Source of the DNA: Opitutales bacterium
Lineage (GTDB): Bacteria > Verrucomicrobiota > Verrucomicrobiia > Opitutales > PNEW01
DNA length: 64,000 nt
Direction: 5' to 3'
NCBI GenBank assembly: GCA_965197745.1
Contig: CBDANS010000006.1
Coordinates: 1,184,001-1,248,000, forward strand
Both the position numbers and the translations under genes were made by a program. Each line of letters starts with the position of its first letter. The stretch's first letter is position 1. A model generated the notes under the pieces. The model saw only the letters and a list, made by a program, of their open reading frames with translations, did not search any database and had not been told where the DNA came from. Of this stretch, positions 21,435 to 31,560 are shown one piece after another.

Positions 21435-22451
21435 ATGCCGACAGAATCCACCGCAAAACAAATCTACGACGAGGCCATCATTATCGATGCCTTGAATGTG
21501 AGTAACTGGGACAGCCCAGCTGTATTTGAGAGCTTGGGAGCCGGGCGTGTCACGGCGATCAATGCCACCCTGGTGACATGGGAAAATTATCAGCAAACGA
21601 TGGATCACATCGCGAAGTGGAAGGGTATTTTCAACGAGCGACGAGAGATGCTTATGCAAATATTGTCGGTCGACGACATCATGAAAGCCAAAAAAGAGGA
21701 GAAAGTGGGGGTCATCTTAGGGTGGCAGAACGCGACGCCCATTGAGAATGATTTACGGCGAATAGAATTGTTTCGTGACCTGGGCATTCTTATTATGCAA
21801 CTTACATTTCACGAGCGAAATTTTATTGGCAATGGATGTTTCGAGCGACGTGATGATGGATTAAGCAACTTTGGTGTTGACGCGGTGCGCGAAATGAACC
21901 GCTTGGGTATCCTCATTGATCTCTCCCATTCCGGCGAAAGCACGACAATAGAGACTATCGAGATGTCCAGTAAACCGGTGGCTTTTACGCACGCCCATGC
22001 CCGCAGCTTTTGTGATCACCCGCGAAACAAGACTGATGAAGCCCTTACCCTCCTGGCAGAGCGAGGTGGTGTCATCGGAACCCCGGCATTCAACATGTTT
22101 CTCCCCTCCGGACGCGCATCAACGATTGATGATTTCATTGTTGCCATCGATTATCTGGTCCAGCGTATTGGTGTCGAACATGTAGGTATTGGAACAGACT
22201 TTACCCAGGACCAGCCGCAGGTGTTCTGGGATTACATCGGCGCCCAGCAGGGGACAAAGCTGCCATCCACCTTCTACGAATCTACTGAGGATCACTACAA
22301 ACTACCGCATTCCCCGAAGGGTCTGGAAACGCCGGATAAATTACCCGATGTCGCTGACGCACTGATGGCGCGCGGCTACCATTCATCGGATATTGTCAAG
22401 ATTATGGGCGGTAACTGGCTGCGCCTGTTTCGTGAGGTTTGGACCGCGTAA
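21435..22451 (+). CDS. Membrane dipeptidase (M19) family
   Basis: DDGLSNFG, IDLSH, HPRNKTD, HVGIGTDF, GGNWLR. Confidence 0.9.
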   Translation: MPTESTAKQIYDEAIIIDALNVSNWDSPAVFESLGAGRVTAINATLVTWENYQQTMDHIAKWKGIFNERREMLMQILSVDDIMKAKKEEKVGVILGWQNATPIENDLRRIELFRDLGILIMQLTFHERNFIGNGCFERRDDGLSNFGVDAVREMNRLGILIDLSHSGESTTIETIEMSSKPVAFTHAHARSFCDHPRNKTDEALTLLAERGGVIGTPAFNMFLPSGRASTIDDFIVAIDYLVQRIGVEHVGIGTDFTQDQPQVFWDYIGAQQGTKLPSTFYESTEDHYKLPHSPKGLETPDKLPDVADALMARGYHSSDIVKIMGGNWLRLFREVWTA

Positions 22452-22507
22452 TCTTAAAAGAGTCCATTGACAAAAAAAATCCTTCTAAACCTACAGTTGA
22501 ATAAGCA

Positions 22508-23548
22508 ATGACCAAAAATTTTAAAGTTGGTATTACAAGAGATTCACTGGGTGATGACGGTAAATTAAATTATAAAGATCTGGGTCTTGATATTCTGGAT
22601 CGCGCTGAAAACGTCTCCTATTCGTTCCTCGACAAGTTTGAACCTGTGATGCCACCAGAATATATAAAGGATGTGGACGGAATGATAACGTTATCACCAA
22701 GCTATAACAAAAGCACCTTTACGGGTGGAGCCGAGCGCTTGATAGCGCTCGCCCGGCTCGGGGTCGGTTATGACAACGTCGATGTAGAGGCCTGTAATGA
22801 TTCGAACGTAGCTCTCTTTACAGCGAGAGGCACCGTGAACTACCCTATGGCAGAAGCGACGATTGGATGGATGCTTGCACTGAATCATCATATATTCATT
22901 AAAGACAACCTCGTGCGCACCGGGAATTGGGGTGACCGAAATCTTTATATGGGCACCGAGCTCCGTGACCGCACCATGGGAATTGTCGGGGTCGGTGGCA
23001 TTGGGGGGACTATCGTCCATCTTTTAAAAACATTCAAAATGAAGGAAACACTCGCTTACGATCCGTATTTGAGCGAAGAGCAGGCAACGAAACTCGGGGT
23101 TACACAAGTCGACCTTAATACCTTGATGCGTGAATCTGACTATATCTCGGTCAATTGCCCATTAGTAGAAGAGACGCGTAACCTTATCGATGCTGAACAG
23201 CTCGCGATGATGAAGCCGACCGCTTATTTAATCACGACTGCTCGCGGAGGCATCGTCAACGAATCAGCTTTAGTCGAGGTTCTTCAGAAAAAGAAAATCG
23301 CAGGCGCTGCCGTCGATGTATTTGAAGAGGAGCCGACAGGGGAAAACCATCCCTACGCTGAACTGGATAATGTTATCCTCGCGCCCCACGCGATTGGATG
23401 GACAGACGAGTTATTCCGCGATATGGGAAGAATGTGTTGCTCGCAAATGGTAACACTGGCTAAAGCTGAGATACCCGAGGGGTTGATAAATACGGAAGTA
23501 TTAGAGAACCCCGGATTCCAGGAAAAGCTGGAGCGGTTTAAGGAGTAA
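22508..23548 (+). CDS. D-2-hydroxyacid dehydrogenase (SerA-like)
   Basis: GVGYDNVD, GVGGIG, TARGGIV, DVFEEEP, PH. Confidence 0.9.
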   Translation: MTKNFKVGITRDSLGDDGKLNYKDLGLDILDRAENVSYSFLDKFEPVMPPEYIKDVDGMITLSPSYNKSTFTGGAERLIALARLGVGYDNVDVEACNDSNVALFTARGTVNYPMAEATIGWMLALNHHIFIKDNLVRTGNWGDRNLYMGTELRDRTMGIVGVGGIGGTIVHLLKTFKMKETLAYDPYLSEEQATKLGVTQVDLNTLMRESDYISVNCPLVEETRNLIDAEQLAMMKPTAYLITTARGGIVNESALVEVLQKKKIAGAAVDVFEEEPTGENHPYAELDNVILAPHAIGWTDELFRDMGRMCCSQMVTLAKAEIPEGLINTEVLENPGFQEKLERFKE

Positions 23549-23664
23549 TTGCAAAGCGTGCTAGGGACAGCCCGCTCCACCTTGTTTGGCAATAATTATG
23601 ATGCATAATTGTTTAGGAGTAGAAGTAATAAAGACAAAGAGGCAGACGAAGACGAAGATTTAGG

Positions 23665-24591
23665 TTACGGATCCATCCCTTCGGGCATAAAAGTTTCTAC
23701 GAGGGCATAACGGTGATGACCGGGTTCTTGTGGCCATCCACGATGGGCGCAGCGCTGAAAAGTCATGGCGAAGTCACCGGCTTTGCCGAGAAATTTGATC
23801 TCCCTCTTGCGGTCCCAGAAGTTATAATTCGACCCATTCGACTGTCCTGACCGTTCGGCAATTTCGATGTTGCATTGACGTATTTCCAGGTTGTCATGCG
23901 TGCCGCGCGCGAAGCAATAAGGTCCATCAGCCGGAGAATCCACATCATCAAGATAGAGGAACGCTTTTACTTTATCACCGAATCCATCGGCGTGGAAGCC
24001 ACGCGTCTCGGTTATATTTCTATTTATGTATATATTAAACAGCCGTGAGACATAAGGCTTCCCTGATACGCTCCTTAATACTTTAAGAATAAAATCCTTT
24101 CGCTCTTTATTATTGAAGGTTTCGTGACATTCGGGAAAAAGCGGGTCCGCACGGAAAATATCAACCAGACCGTCATCACCCGGAGGTCCGATATGCCCTG
24201 CCCTGACATTAATTATCGGTCTCCCGTAATTAAATAAAGTGGTGGGATTGGCTTTCTTCCCTCCTGGAATGTTTTCGAAAGTACAATTTAGAAAGTAATC
24301 TTCAGTCTCATCATCCGTGCAATTGGCAATATGGGAAGCGACTTTCTCCCCGCCAAGGAGTGATTCCAGTTTAAAGCGAAGCGTTTGGACTTCGTCTTTA
24401 GAAACAAAATTTCTTAAGATGAGACCGCCATTGCCGGACATACTGCGACAGGTTTTGTCGAAGAGTGAATCTCGATCCTTCTCCTCCTCCCAGTTAAAAT
24501 CATGTTCGGGAAACTCTGCCGGTACGGCTTGTCCTTCACTCATTTTATCAGCCAGTTTATCGACCAGATAATTTATGATATCCACGCTCAT
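23665..24591 (-). CDS. PhyH-like Fe(II)/2-oxoglutarate dioxygenase
   Basis: FHAD, KAFLYLDDV, GPYCFARGTH, HRG. Confidence 0.75.
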   Translation of the reverse strand: MSVDIINYLVDKLADKMSEGQAVPAEFPEHDFNWEEEKDRDSLFDKTCRSMSGNGGLILRNFVSKDEVQTLRFKLESLLGGEKVASHIANCTDDETEDYFLNCTFENIPGGKKANPTTLFNYGRPIINVRAGHIGPPGDDGLVDIFRADPLFPECHETFNNKERKDFILKVLRSVSGKPYVSRLFNIYINRNITETRGFHADGFGDKVKAFLYLDDVDSPADGPYCFARGTHDNLEIRQCNIEIAERSGQSNGSNYNFWDRKREIKFLGKAGDFAMTFQRCAHRGWPQEPGHHRYALVETFMPEGMDP

Positions 24592-24714
24592 ACTAGAGGG
24601 ATGGGGACGAGTAATGGGTTTATGCTTAAATATATTGACGTAATATAAATAAAATCAGCTTATTAGGCTAGAGAAAGTAGCTTGTTTAAAAAACAATTCA
24701 CGTTGGTCAACGCC

Positions 24715-25500
24715 ATGATCACTAAAGAACAGATAGCGCACTTCGAAACCTTTGGTTTTCTCGTACTGAGGCAGGCATTTTCACCAGATGAAATGGAGAA
24801 AATGATTTGCGATTTTGATTACATGATCGAAAAACTAAAACTGAGAGATGAGAACGCGGGCGCGGTATTGAGAACAGAATTATCGGGAGCGTTTATCGAG
24901 AAACATCCCTCATTGGCAAAACTTGCTGAGGATGACCGTATCTACGAGACAATCGAACAGTTACTGGGGCCAGGGTTTATCTGGACAGGATCCGAGGGCA
25001 TATTCGGCCGCAGTCTTGCCCCCTGGCATGCGGACCGACCAGGTAAAATCGAACTCAACTATATGACGATCAAGGTTCATTTATACCTTGATCCGACAAC
25101 GAAAGCATCCTGTGCCCTGCGTGTTATCCCGGGTTCTCACCGTTCGCCTTTCCACGAAATTCTTAAACCGATATTCTCATCTGGAAAAAATCCTGACGCA
25201 CAACCCTACGGAGTGGAGGGGAAGGAAGTCCCCTCGTACCCATTTGAATCCAATCCAGGTGATGTAATATTCTTCAACCAGTGTCTTTTGCACTCGGTGT
25301 ATGGCAATTTAGAAAATGAACGTCGCTATATTGCGCTGAAATTCGGGGAGAGGATTAAGAATGATGACGACATCGCCACATTGCTGCGGTATAAATCAGA
25401 CGGGATAATATTCCGGCCCCATGAAGCGTTTGTAAAAAGTGACAGTGCGCGGATTCGGGGAATGGTGGAAAGCCTCGTCAAGCATGGGGAAAAAGTCTAA
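24715..25500 (+). CDS. PhyH-family dioxygenase
   Basis: HFETFGFL, WHAD, LRVIPGSH, PGDVIFF...LH; ATG 24715 preferred start. Confidence 0.85.
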   Translation: MITKEQIAHFETFGFLVLRQAFSPDEMEKMICDFDYMIEKLKLRDENAGAVLRTELSGAFIEKHPSLAKLAEDDRIYETIEQLLGPGFIWTGSEGIFGRSLAPWHADRPGKIELNYMTIKVHLYLDPTTKASCALRVIPGSHRSPFHEILKPIFSSGKNPDAQPYGVEGKEVPSYPFESNPGDVIFFNQCLLHSVYGNLENERRYIALKFGERIKNDDDIATLLRYKSDGIIFRPHEAFVKSDSARIRGMVESLVKHGEKV

Positions 25501-25526
25501 GGTTTAAATCTTCGTCTGCTTATTTA

Positions 25527-25773
25527 TTGTCATTGCGAGGGAGGTTATCAGCCGACCGCGGCTACCGATCCCCGCAACTGCAGGACGACATCTTTCAATC
25601 CAAGCGAATAATCATTATGTTTCCAGATACTAGATCTGGCACGGATCTTTCCAATGATCGTCAGTATCTTCGAATAATGCATTCGTATAACTGAGAGTTA
25701 ACCCTAACAACTAAGGACTTACTATACGCAACAGACATTGGCCTGGATTGCTTCGCTTTGCTCGCAATGACAA
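25527..25773. repeat. REP doublet/MITE-like unit with TTGTCATTGCGAG...CTCGCAATGACAA ends; left arm carries micro-insertion
   Basis: 13-bp terminal inverted repeat between convergent genes; same family at 43517, 47031, 52993. Confidence 0.85.
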
Positions 25774-25844
25774 AAGGGACAATAACGAAGAGTATTGGCA
25801 CCAATACTTATCAGGGTTCACCATGGAGCCTTGATTCGACTAAA

Positions 25845-27482
25845 CTATTTAAATTTAGAATACTCTACTTCCTTCTTCGTGATAAATTCCAGGAGTGCGG
25901 GTACGCCCTCCTGAGTTTGCTTAATTCCCCGTTGAATGGCAGGGATAATCTCATCTGGAGTCGTGATGCGCTCCCCATAGCCACCAAAGGATTTAGCCAT
26001 ATCAGCGTAATTTCCTGAAATATCGGTAGCCCGGTATTTTTCCGTGGAAACCGGCATAATGCCTATTTCGATAGCCATGGAGAAATTGTTAAAAAGTATC
26101 GAGAGGATAGGAATTTTTTCCCGGACGGCCGTCTCGAAATCCATCCCGGTGAATCCTATGGCGGCGTCTCCCCAAACGTTAATGCAAAGCTTATCCGGCA
26201 TCGACAACTTGGCACCCATCGCCAGACCCAGGCCATAACCGAGTTGGGTCGATTTGCCCCAGCCGATGTAAGAAAGCGGAGTTATCGGTGCCCAAAATGG
26301 GGTGATTTGATCCCGTGGACTTCCAGAATCGTGTGTGATTATCGTATTTGCCACGTCGACGGTGTGCATAAGATCCCATATCACCCTGTAGGGAGTTAAG
26401 GGCACTTCATCTGAAGTGAGCTTCGGCATCCATTTGCCCATCCATTCTGCTTTAACCGAATTAATCTCCTCGGTTACTTCATTGATACGCCCCCTTGGTT
26501 TTCCCTCTAAACGCTCTCGGATATTAGCAAGCAAGGCATTTAAAATCAGGCTGGCATCTCCAACCAGGGGATGATCAGCATCGATGTCTCTATTGATATC
26601 ATCAGGATCGATTGTAGAATGAATAATCGTTTTACCAAAGGGCAAAGGCACTCCGAATATGGTGTGACTGAAACTACAACCGATACCAAACACCACGTCT
26701 GCGTTATTTATAAAATCGTTTACGGCTTGAGGATAGGTATTGCCACCAGAACCCAGAGAGAGGGGATGGTTTTCAGGGAAAGCGCTTTTTCCTGCGAGGC
26801 TTGTGGTTACCGGTGCTTCGAGCAGTTCTGCCAGCTCTTTCAAATCTTGCCAGGCCTGAGCATAATGAACGCCTTGACCGGCGTAAATCACGGGCCGTTT
26901 AGCGTCTAATAATGCGCCGGCCGCTTGGTCTAGCGCTTCAAGATCGGGACCGGAACGAAAAGAGGATGTCGGGTGGTAATCGAGTGGCTCCGGTAATTCT
27001 TCATTAAAGAGATCGGCAGGAATTTCGACCAGAGCGGGACAGGGACGGCCATTCCTGACCGCAGAAAAAGCGCGACGCATGGCTGCCGGCAAGGCGGAAG
27101 CCAGCGTTATCTGTTCGCAGGACTTGGTAATTTCACGAAAATTAATAAGGGAAGAGAAGTTAGGTTGAACAAATGCATGCGCTCTCGAATTACCTGCCGG
27201 AAGCACAACAATGGGCACCGATTCCGCATAAGCTTGTGCCACACCGCCAAAGGCATTCTCCGTGCCGGGTCCATTTTGCATACAAAATACACCGATACGC
27301 TGTCCGGATGACATCCGGCTGAAAGCGTCGGCCATGTGAAGTCCAATCCTTTCCTGACGCACAATGATGGTGCGAATGTCCAGATTGGCGGCGGATTCGA
27401 TAATGGGATTTACGGGGTAGGCAAAAAGGATTTCCACCCCTTCGGCTTTGAGTATTTGCGCGATCGCGTCGACAACTTTCAT
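25845..27482 (-). CDS. Thiamine-diphosphate-requiring enzyme (acetolactate synthase-like)
   Basis: RQERIGLHMADA, WGDAAIGF...NN ThDP motif. Confidence 0.9.
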   Translation of the reverse strand: MKVVDAIAQILKAEGVEILFAYPVNPIIESAANLDIRTIIVRQERIGLHMADAFSRMSSGQRIGVFCMQNGPGTENAFGGVAQAYAESVPIVVLPAGNSRAHAFVQPNFSSLINFREITKSCEQITLASALPAAMRRAFSAVRNGRPCPALVEIPADLFNEELPEPLDYHPTSSFRSGPDLEALDQAAGALLDAKRPVIYAGQGVHYAQAWQDLKELAELLEAPVTTSLAGKSAFPENHPLSLGSGGNTYPQAVNDFINNADVVFGIGCSFSHTIFGVPLPFGKTIIHSTIDPDDINRDIDADHPLVGDASLILNALLANIRERLEGKPRGRINEVTEEINSVKAEWMGKWMPKLTSDEVPLTPYRVIWDLMHTVDVANTIITHDSGSPRDQITPFWAPITPLSYIGWGKSTQLGYGLGLAMGAKLSMPDKLCINVWGDAAIGFTGMDFETAVREKIPILSILFNNFSMAIEIGIMPVSTEKYRATDISGNYADMAKSFGGYGERITTPDEIIPAIQRGIKQTQEGVPALLEFITKKEVEYSKFK

Positions 27483-27698
27483 ATATTTCGATAATTGTAA
27501 TTTATAAATAAATCAGCTTTCTGGCCTTCTAAGGATAACACTCAAAGACTAAGCCCCTGTTAATACAAGCGTGATTTCCTTAAAAATTTTGTGAATAGGG
27601 AAGAATTTATAGATAGACTCGTTTAGGGGATTAATTTATTAGTCTCACCTTTCGTGATTATTCCTCTATCATAACTCCAGAGAAAACCAGTATTAACA

Positions 27699-28877
27699 AT
27701 GAGCAAAATTAATCGGGTAGAAATTCACGAGTTTTCATTCGATATAGAGAACCTCGGGTTGGAGCAGGCGACTTCCGGTGTCGGCAACATGGCCTATGTC
27801 GCCGGTGATAAATTGAAAACGGTCCGCTATGCCGTTAATATAAAAACGGATGACGGGTTGCAGGGAGAATACGTCACACACTGGGGCGGAACGCTATCGT
27901 CCATGGCCCAGTCGAAAATGCTGGCGCCGCTACTCATCGGCCGGAATCCGGAAGAGCGTGAAATCATCTACGATGATCTGAAACGTGATATCAGAGCTTA
28001 TGATCATATGGGTCACGGGCCTCTCGACATCGCGCTCTGGGATCTCGTCGGAAAAATGTATAAGACCTCGGTAAAAAGTCTGCTCGGTGGTTTTCGCGAA
28101 CGCCTGCCCGTATATGCCAGCACTTATCATGGACAGCTCGGAGGAGGGGGTCTGGATTCCATAGAAGCTTTTGCGGACTTTGCCGAGGAGTGCAAGGAAA
28201 TGGGATTTTCCGGCTTTAAGATTCACGGATGGAACGACGGTGACGCAAACAAAGAAGCAGTAAATGTATTAAGTGTGCGCGCACGAGTAGGGGACAAGAT
28301 GAAACTGATGATTGATCCCGCCTGCGAGCTACGCACATGGAATGATGCGCTCTACGTTGGCCGGGCCTGCGATGAAGCTGACTATTTCTGGTACGAGGAC
28401 CCTTATCGTGACGCGGCGGTGTCTGCATTCGGGCACCAGCGACTGCGTGAAAAACTGCAAACGCCGCTTTTAATCAGTGAGCACGTGCGAGGGTTGGAGC
28501 AAAAAGCGAGTTTTCTTGTGAATGGTGGCTGCGATATGATTCATGCCGACCCGGAATATGATATGGGAATTACCGGAGTCATGAAAATTGCCCATTTTTG
28601 CGAGGCCCTCGGATTGGATGTTCAACTCCATGCCTGCGGGCCGGCACAACGAGTTGCCATGTCTGCGATCCGCAATACGCATCTGTATGAAATGGCATTG
28701 ATGGGACCAAAGATGCCAAACTCCGTGCCCCCTGTTTATCTGTGTGGCTATTCCGATCAACCGGGTGATCTGGGAGAAGATGGCTGTGTCCCCGTTCCGG
28801 ATGGACCGGGGATGGGCGTGGTCTACGACTGGGATTTCATTGAAAGAAATCGGACAGAGCACAGCGTTTTCGAATAG
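27699..28877 (+). CDS. Mandelate racemase/muconate lactonizing enzyme family
   Basis: DIALWDLVGK, KIH, WYEDP, PDGPGMG. Confidence 0.9.
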   Translation: MSKINRVEIHEFSFDIENLGLEQATSGVGNMAYVAGDKLKTVRYAVNIKTDDGLQGEYVTHWGGTLSSMAQSKMLAPLLIGRNPEEREIIYDDLKRDIRAYDHMGHGPLDIALWDLVGKMYKTSVKSLLGGFRERLPVYASTYHGQLGGGGLDSIEAFADFAEECKEMGFSGFKIHGWNDGDANKEAVNVLSVRARVGDKMKLMIDPACELRTWNDALYVGRACDEADYFWYEDPYRDAAVSAFGHQRLREKLQTPLLISEHVRGLEQKASFLVNGGCDMIHADPEYDMGITGVMKIAHFCEALGLDVQLHACGPAQRVAMSAIRNTHLYEMALMGPKMPNSVPPVYLCGYSDQPGDLGEDGCVPVPDGPGMGVVYDWDFIERNRTEHSVFE

Positions 28878-28895
28878 AAGATTCTCGCGACACCA

Positions 28896-29798
28896 CTATT
28901 TTAAAGATCGCTTCCCGAAATATTTTTTCCATTTGCTCAGGTTCTCGGACTCATTCCGGATAAAGTCTATGTTTTCCTCAATTTTATTCATGTAAGGGTT
29001 GACGCCATCGGGGTAGGGTTGCGCGAGATATTTATAGAGGCCATGGCACTCATCCTCTAATTTCGGAATGACGATATTTTCCCAAAAATACGGTGTGCTG
29101 CGAATGAGGTCCTCGTGGCTTTTAAAAATACGGTTATCACGAGGAATGTTACGGTAATCGTCGGATTCTTCAAATTCGCGGTAGAGCGATGACAGTTTAT
29201 TCATATAATGGTGATCGCTCATCTGTCCGAGATAATCGGCGGTGCAAATAGATTCCCCAACAATCCTTTCACGCGGATTGTTAAAAGGAACGGCATCAAT
29301 GATACTACGTGGTCCTGTGCAACTGATAAGATGTTGCACGATGAGAATATCGTAATTCGACCAATCTTTTTGCGTCAGGTAGAGCGCGGCCAGTTCACAA
29401 CTCCGTTGCTTGTGGACGAAAGTGTATTTAGCGCCTGTTCCCTCAGTTTCGCCCTGTTCTTTAAGAAAACCTATATCGTGAAGGAGAATAGCAAATAAAC
29501 CATTTTCAAAATCGTTGTCCTCTAAAACGGGGGTGACTTTCTGGAAATGTCGATTGGTTAATAATCGCAGCCAGCAGAGCGTTGCCAGTAATGTGTGTTC
29601 GAGATCATGATATACAGTATCGATTGCCTGGTATTCCCAGAAATTGCCCGAAAATATTTCATTAACGTCCGAAAAGAGCTGTGCAATCATTACCGAATCC
29701 GCATCGGGAAACGCGTCTCTTTGTGCTTCAATTACGGCCTTCTCTACGGCGCGGTAATCAGAGGTATTTATTTCATCCAGTGTGTAGTTTCTAAACAT
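28896..29798 (-). CDS. HD-domain metal-dependent phosphohydrolase, paralog 1
   Basis: YHDLEHT, LLHDIG, ADYLGQMS. Confidence 0.8.
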   Translation of the reverse strand: MFRNYTLDEINTSDYRAVEKAVIEAQRDAFPDADSVMIAQLFSDVNEIFSGNFWEYQAIDTVYHDLEHTLLATLCWLRLLTNRHFQKVTPVLEDNDFENGLFAILLHDIGFLKEQGETEGTGAKYTFVHKQRSCELAALYLTQKDWSNYDILIVQHLISCTGPRSIIDAVPFNNPRERIVGESICTADYLGQMSDHHYMNKLSSLYREFEESDDYRNIPRDNRIFKSHEDLIRSTPYFWENIVIPKLEDECHGLYKYLAQPYPDGVNPYMNKIEENIDFIRNESENLSKWKKYFGKRSLK

Positions 29799-29838
29799 CG
29801 CTCTTAATCCATAGACAAGACCATCAATTATTTAAATC

Positions 29839-30180
29839 TTATAATAAGCTATCGGTTTTTGCGGCCATAATAAAATCATTGCGATGCAACCCCCTGATTT
29901 TATGAGTCCACCAGGTAACGGTCACTTTTCCCCATTCGGTGAGAAGAGCAGGATGATGCCCTTCCGTTTCTGCCAAAGCACCCACATTATTCGTAAAGTC
30001 AAGGGCCTCGGCAAAATTTTTAAAGAGAAAGACCCGCTCTAATTGATTAATTCCGTTAGACTTAATCATATTCCAATTGGGGATCTGCGGATTCAGCTCG
30101 GCGATTTCCTCATCAGAGATGGTTGGCGCGCCTTTGCGGCATACCTCACAATTCAACTGTTTCAATTTGTGATTACCCAT
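29839..30180 (-). CDS. phhB: Pterin-4-alpha-carbinolamine dehydratase
   Basis: [27 protein letters not shown]. Confidence 0.9.
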   Translation of the reverse strand: MGNHKLKQLNCEVCRKGAPTISDEEIAELNPQIPNWNMIKSNGINQLERVFLFKNFAEALDFTNNVGALAETEGHHPALLTEWGKVTVTWWTHKIRGLHRNDFIMAAKTDSLL

Positions 30181-30311
30181 GGTTATAGGCTCATTTACTT
30201 TATATCTTGTAACACTACGATAAGATATTTAAATACACTATAAAATAGAAGCGATACTTGATTATGGCAAATGTCCATGAAGTGAATCTGTGAATTGGGT
30301 GGGGGATTAAT

Positions 30312-30602
30312 ATGAGCACTAAATCAGAGAAAAGCTATGTCGTCGCGGTCTCACTCTCAGGATTTTTTGGGTTTTTAGGTGTCCAGCATTTCTACCTGGG
30401 CAGGTACCTTGAAGGGTTAATCGATGTATTGCTGACGATAGCATGGCTCTATTACTTTATTGTCGAAAGACCGTTAATTGGACTCACCTATTTAGGGATC
30501 GATTTTTTGCACGCTTTTATTACAACTATTCTCTTACTAACAGGGTCGATGAAAGATGGTAAAGGCCATGTCGTCTGTTATCCAGGTCAAACACTAAAAT
30601 AA
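30312..30602 (+). CDS. TM2-domain membrane protein
   Basis: GFFGFLGVQHFYLG. Confidence 0.8.
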   Translation: MSTKSEKSYVVAVSLSGFFGFLGVQHFYLGRYLEGLIDVLLTIAWLYYFIVERPLIGLTYLGIDFLHAFITTILLLTGSMKDGKGHVVCYPGQTLK

Positions 30603-30615
30603 TAAAGGAAATAAT

Positions 30616-30846
30616 ATGAATGAAACTATCGCAAAAAGTGAAAAAGGATTTGTACCCACAATCCTCCTATGTTTTTTCTTGAGTTTTCTCGGCGTGCACC
30701 GTTTCTATGTGGGAAAAATCGGCACCGGTATATTAATGCTGATAACTATGGGTGCATTAGGAATATGGACCCTGGTTGACTTTATTATGATTGTCTGTGG
30801 ATCCTTTACGGACAAAGACGGATTACCGATAAAGCCCCAATCCTGA
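30616..30846 (+). CDS. TM2-domain membrane protein
   Basis: FLGVHRFYVGKIGTG...GIWTLVD. Confidence 0.9.
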   Translation: MNETIAKSEKGFVPTILLCFFLSFLGVHRFYVGKIGTGILMLITMGALGIWTLVDFIMIVCGSFTDKDGLPIKPQS

Positions 30847-31027
30847 GCTCGGGGTCCCGTTACCCAGGACCTGGAGCTTGATGCGTTTCACTACGCTCAA
30901 CAGTAATTTCGTAAACAGCCGTGGGATCGATGCCCAACGTGTATTTATGGTTTTTGCTTATTAAAATTACGACCTAGCCAATGCATTTTTAAGATCGTTA
31001 TCATCAGATAGGCGGTGTTTCCCGCGG

Positions 31028-31312
31028 TTAAAGATCCGAGGTAAGTTCATCAAATTCTTCCACGGATAGCGCGGGCGATGATGAGATGGCAATACCTGTC
31101 AGTTTTGTCAATGTCACCGAGGCTAGAATAGCGTCGGTCAAATTCGGGAAATTAACGATAAATACTAAATCGTGCTCTCCCAGCAGAATATAATGGGCAA
31201 TGACTTCACCGCCGTTATTTTCGATCACATCCACGGCCCATTGCGTGCGCTCAGCGCTGATGCCTTTAATGGCGTCAGGGGTATATTTACCAAACATGAA
31301 GAATGTAGCCAT
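31028..31312 (-). CDS. GYD-domain protein
   Basis: MATFFMFGKYT...LLGEHDLV; ATG 31312 preferred over ORF-track start. Confidence 0.8.
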   Translation of the reverse strand: MATFFMFGKYTPDAIKGISAERTQWAVDVIENNGGEVIAHYILLGEHDLVFIVNFPNLTDAILASVTLTKLTGIAISSSPALSVEEFDELTSDL

Positions 31313-31560
31313 AATCCAATTCCTTTCCTTGAGTGTTAATGAGCTGTGGATTCTTATCTTCTCTCCAATCAAATTGAATAGCGATAGAGATCAAATTTCG
31401 CTCAATTAACACGCATTCGCAAATAATTAGGACGGAATTAATAACGCCCGGTATTCCGCCGATAATCGTCGCTTGGACCGTAATTAAAACCTGTGAGCAA
31501 TCGCTAATTGCCTGATGATTAGCGCATTCAATTAAGCGGGGTGTGTAGTGTGCACGTCAC

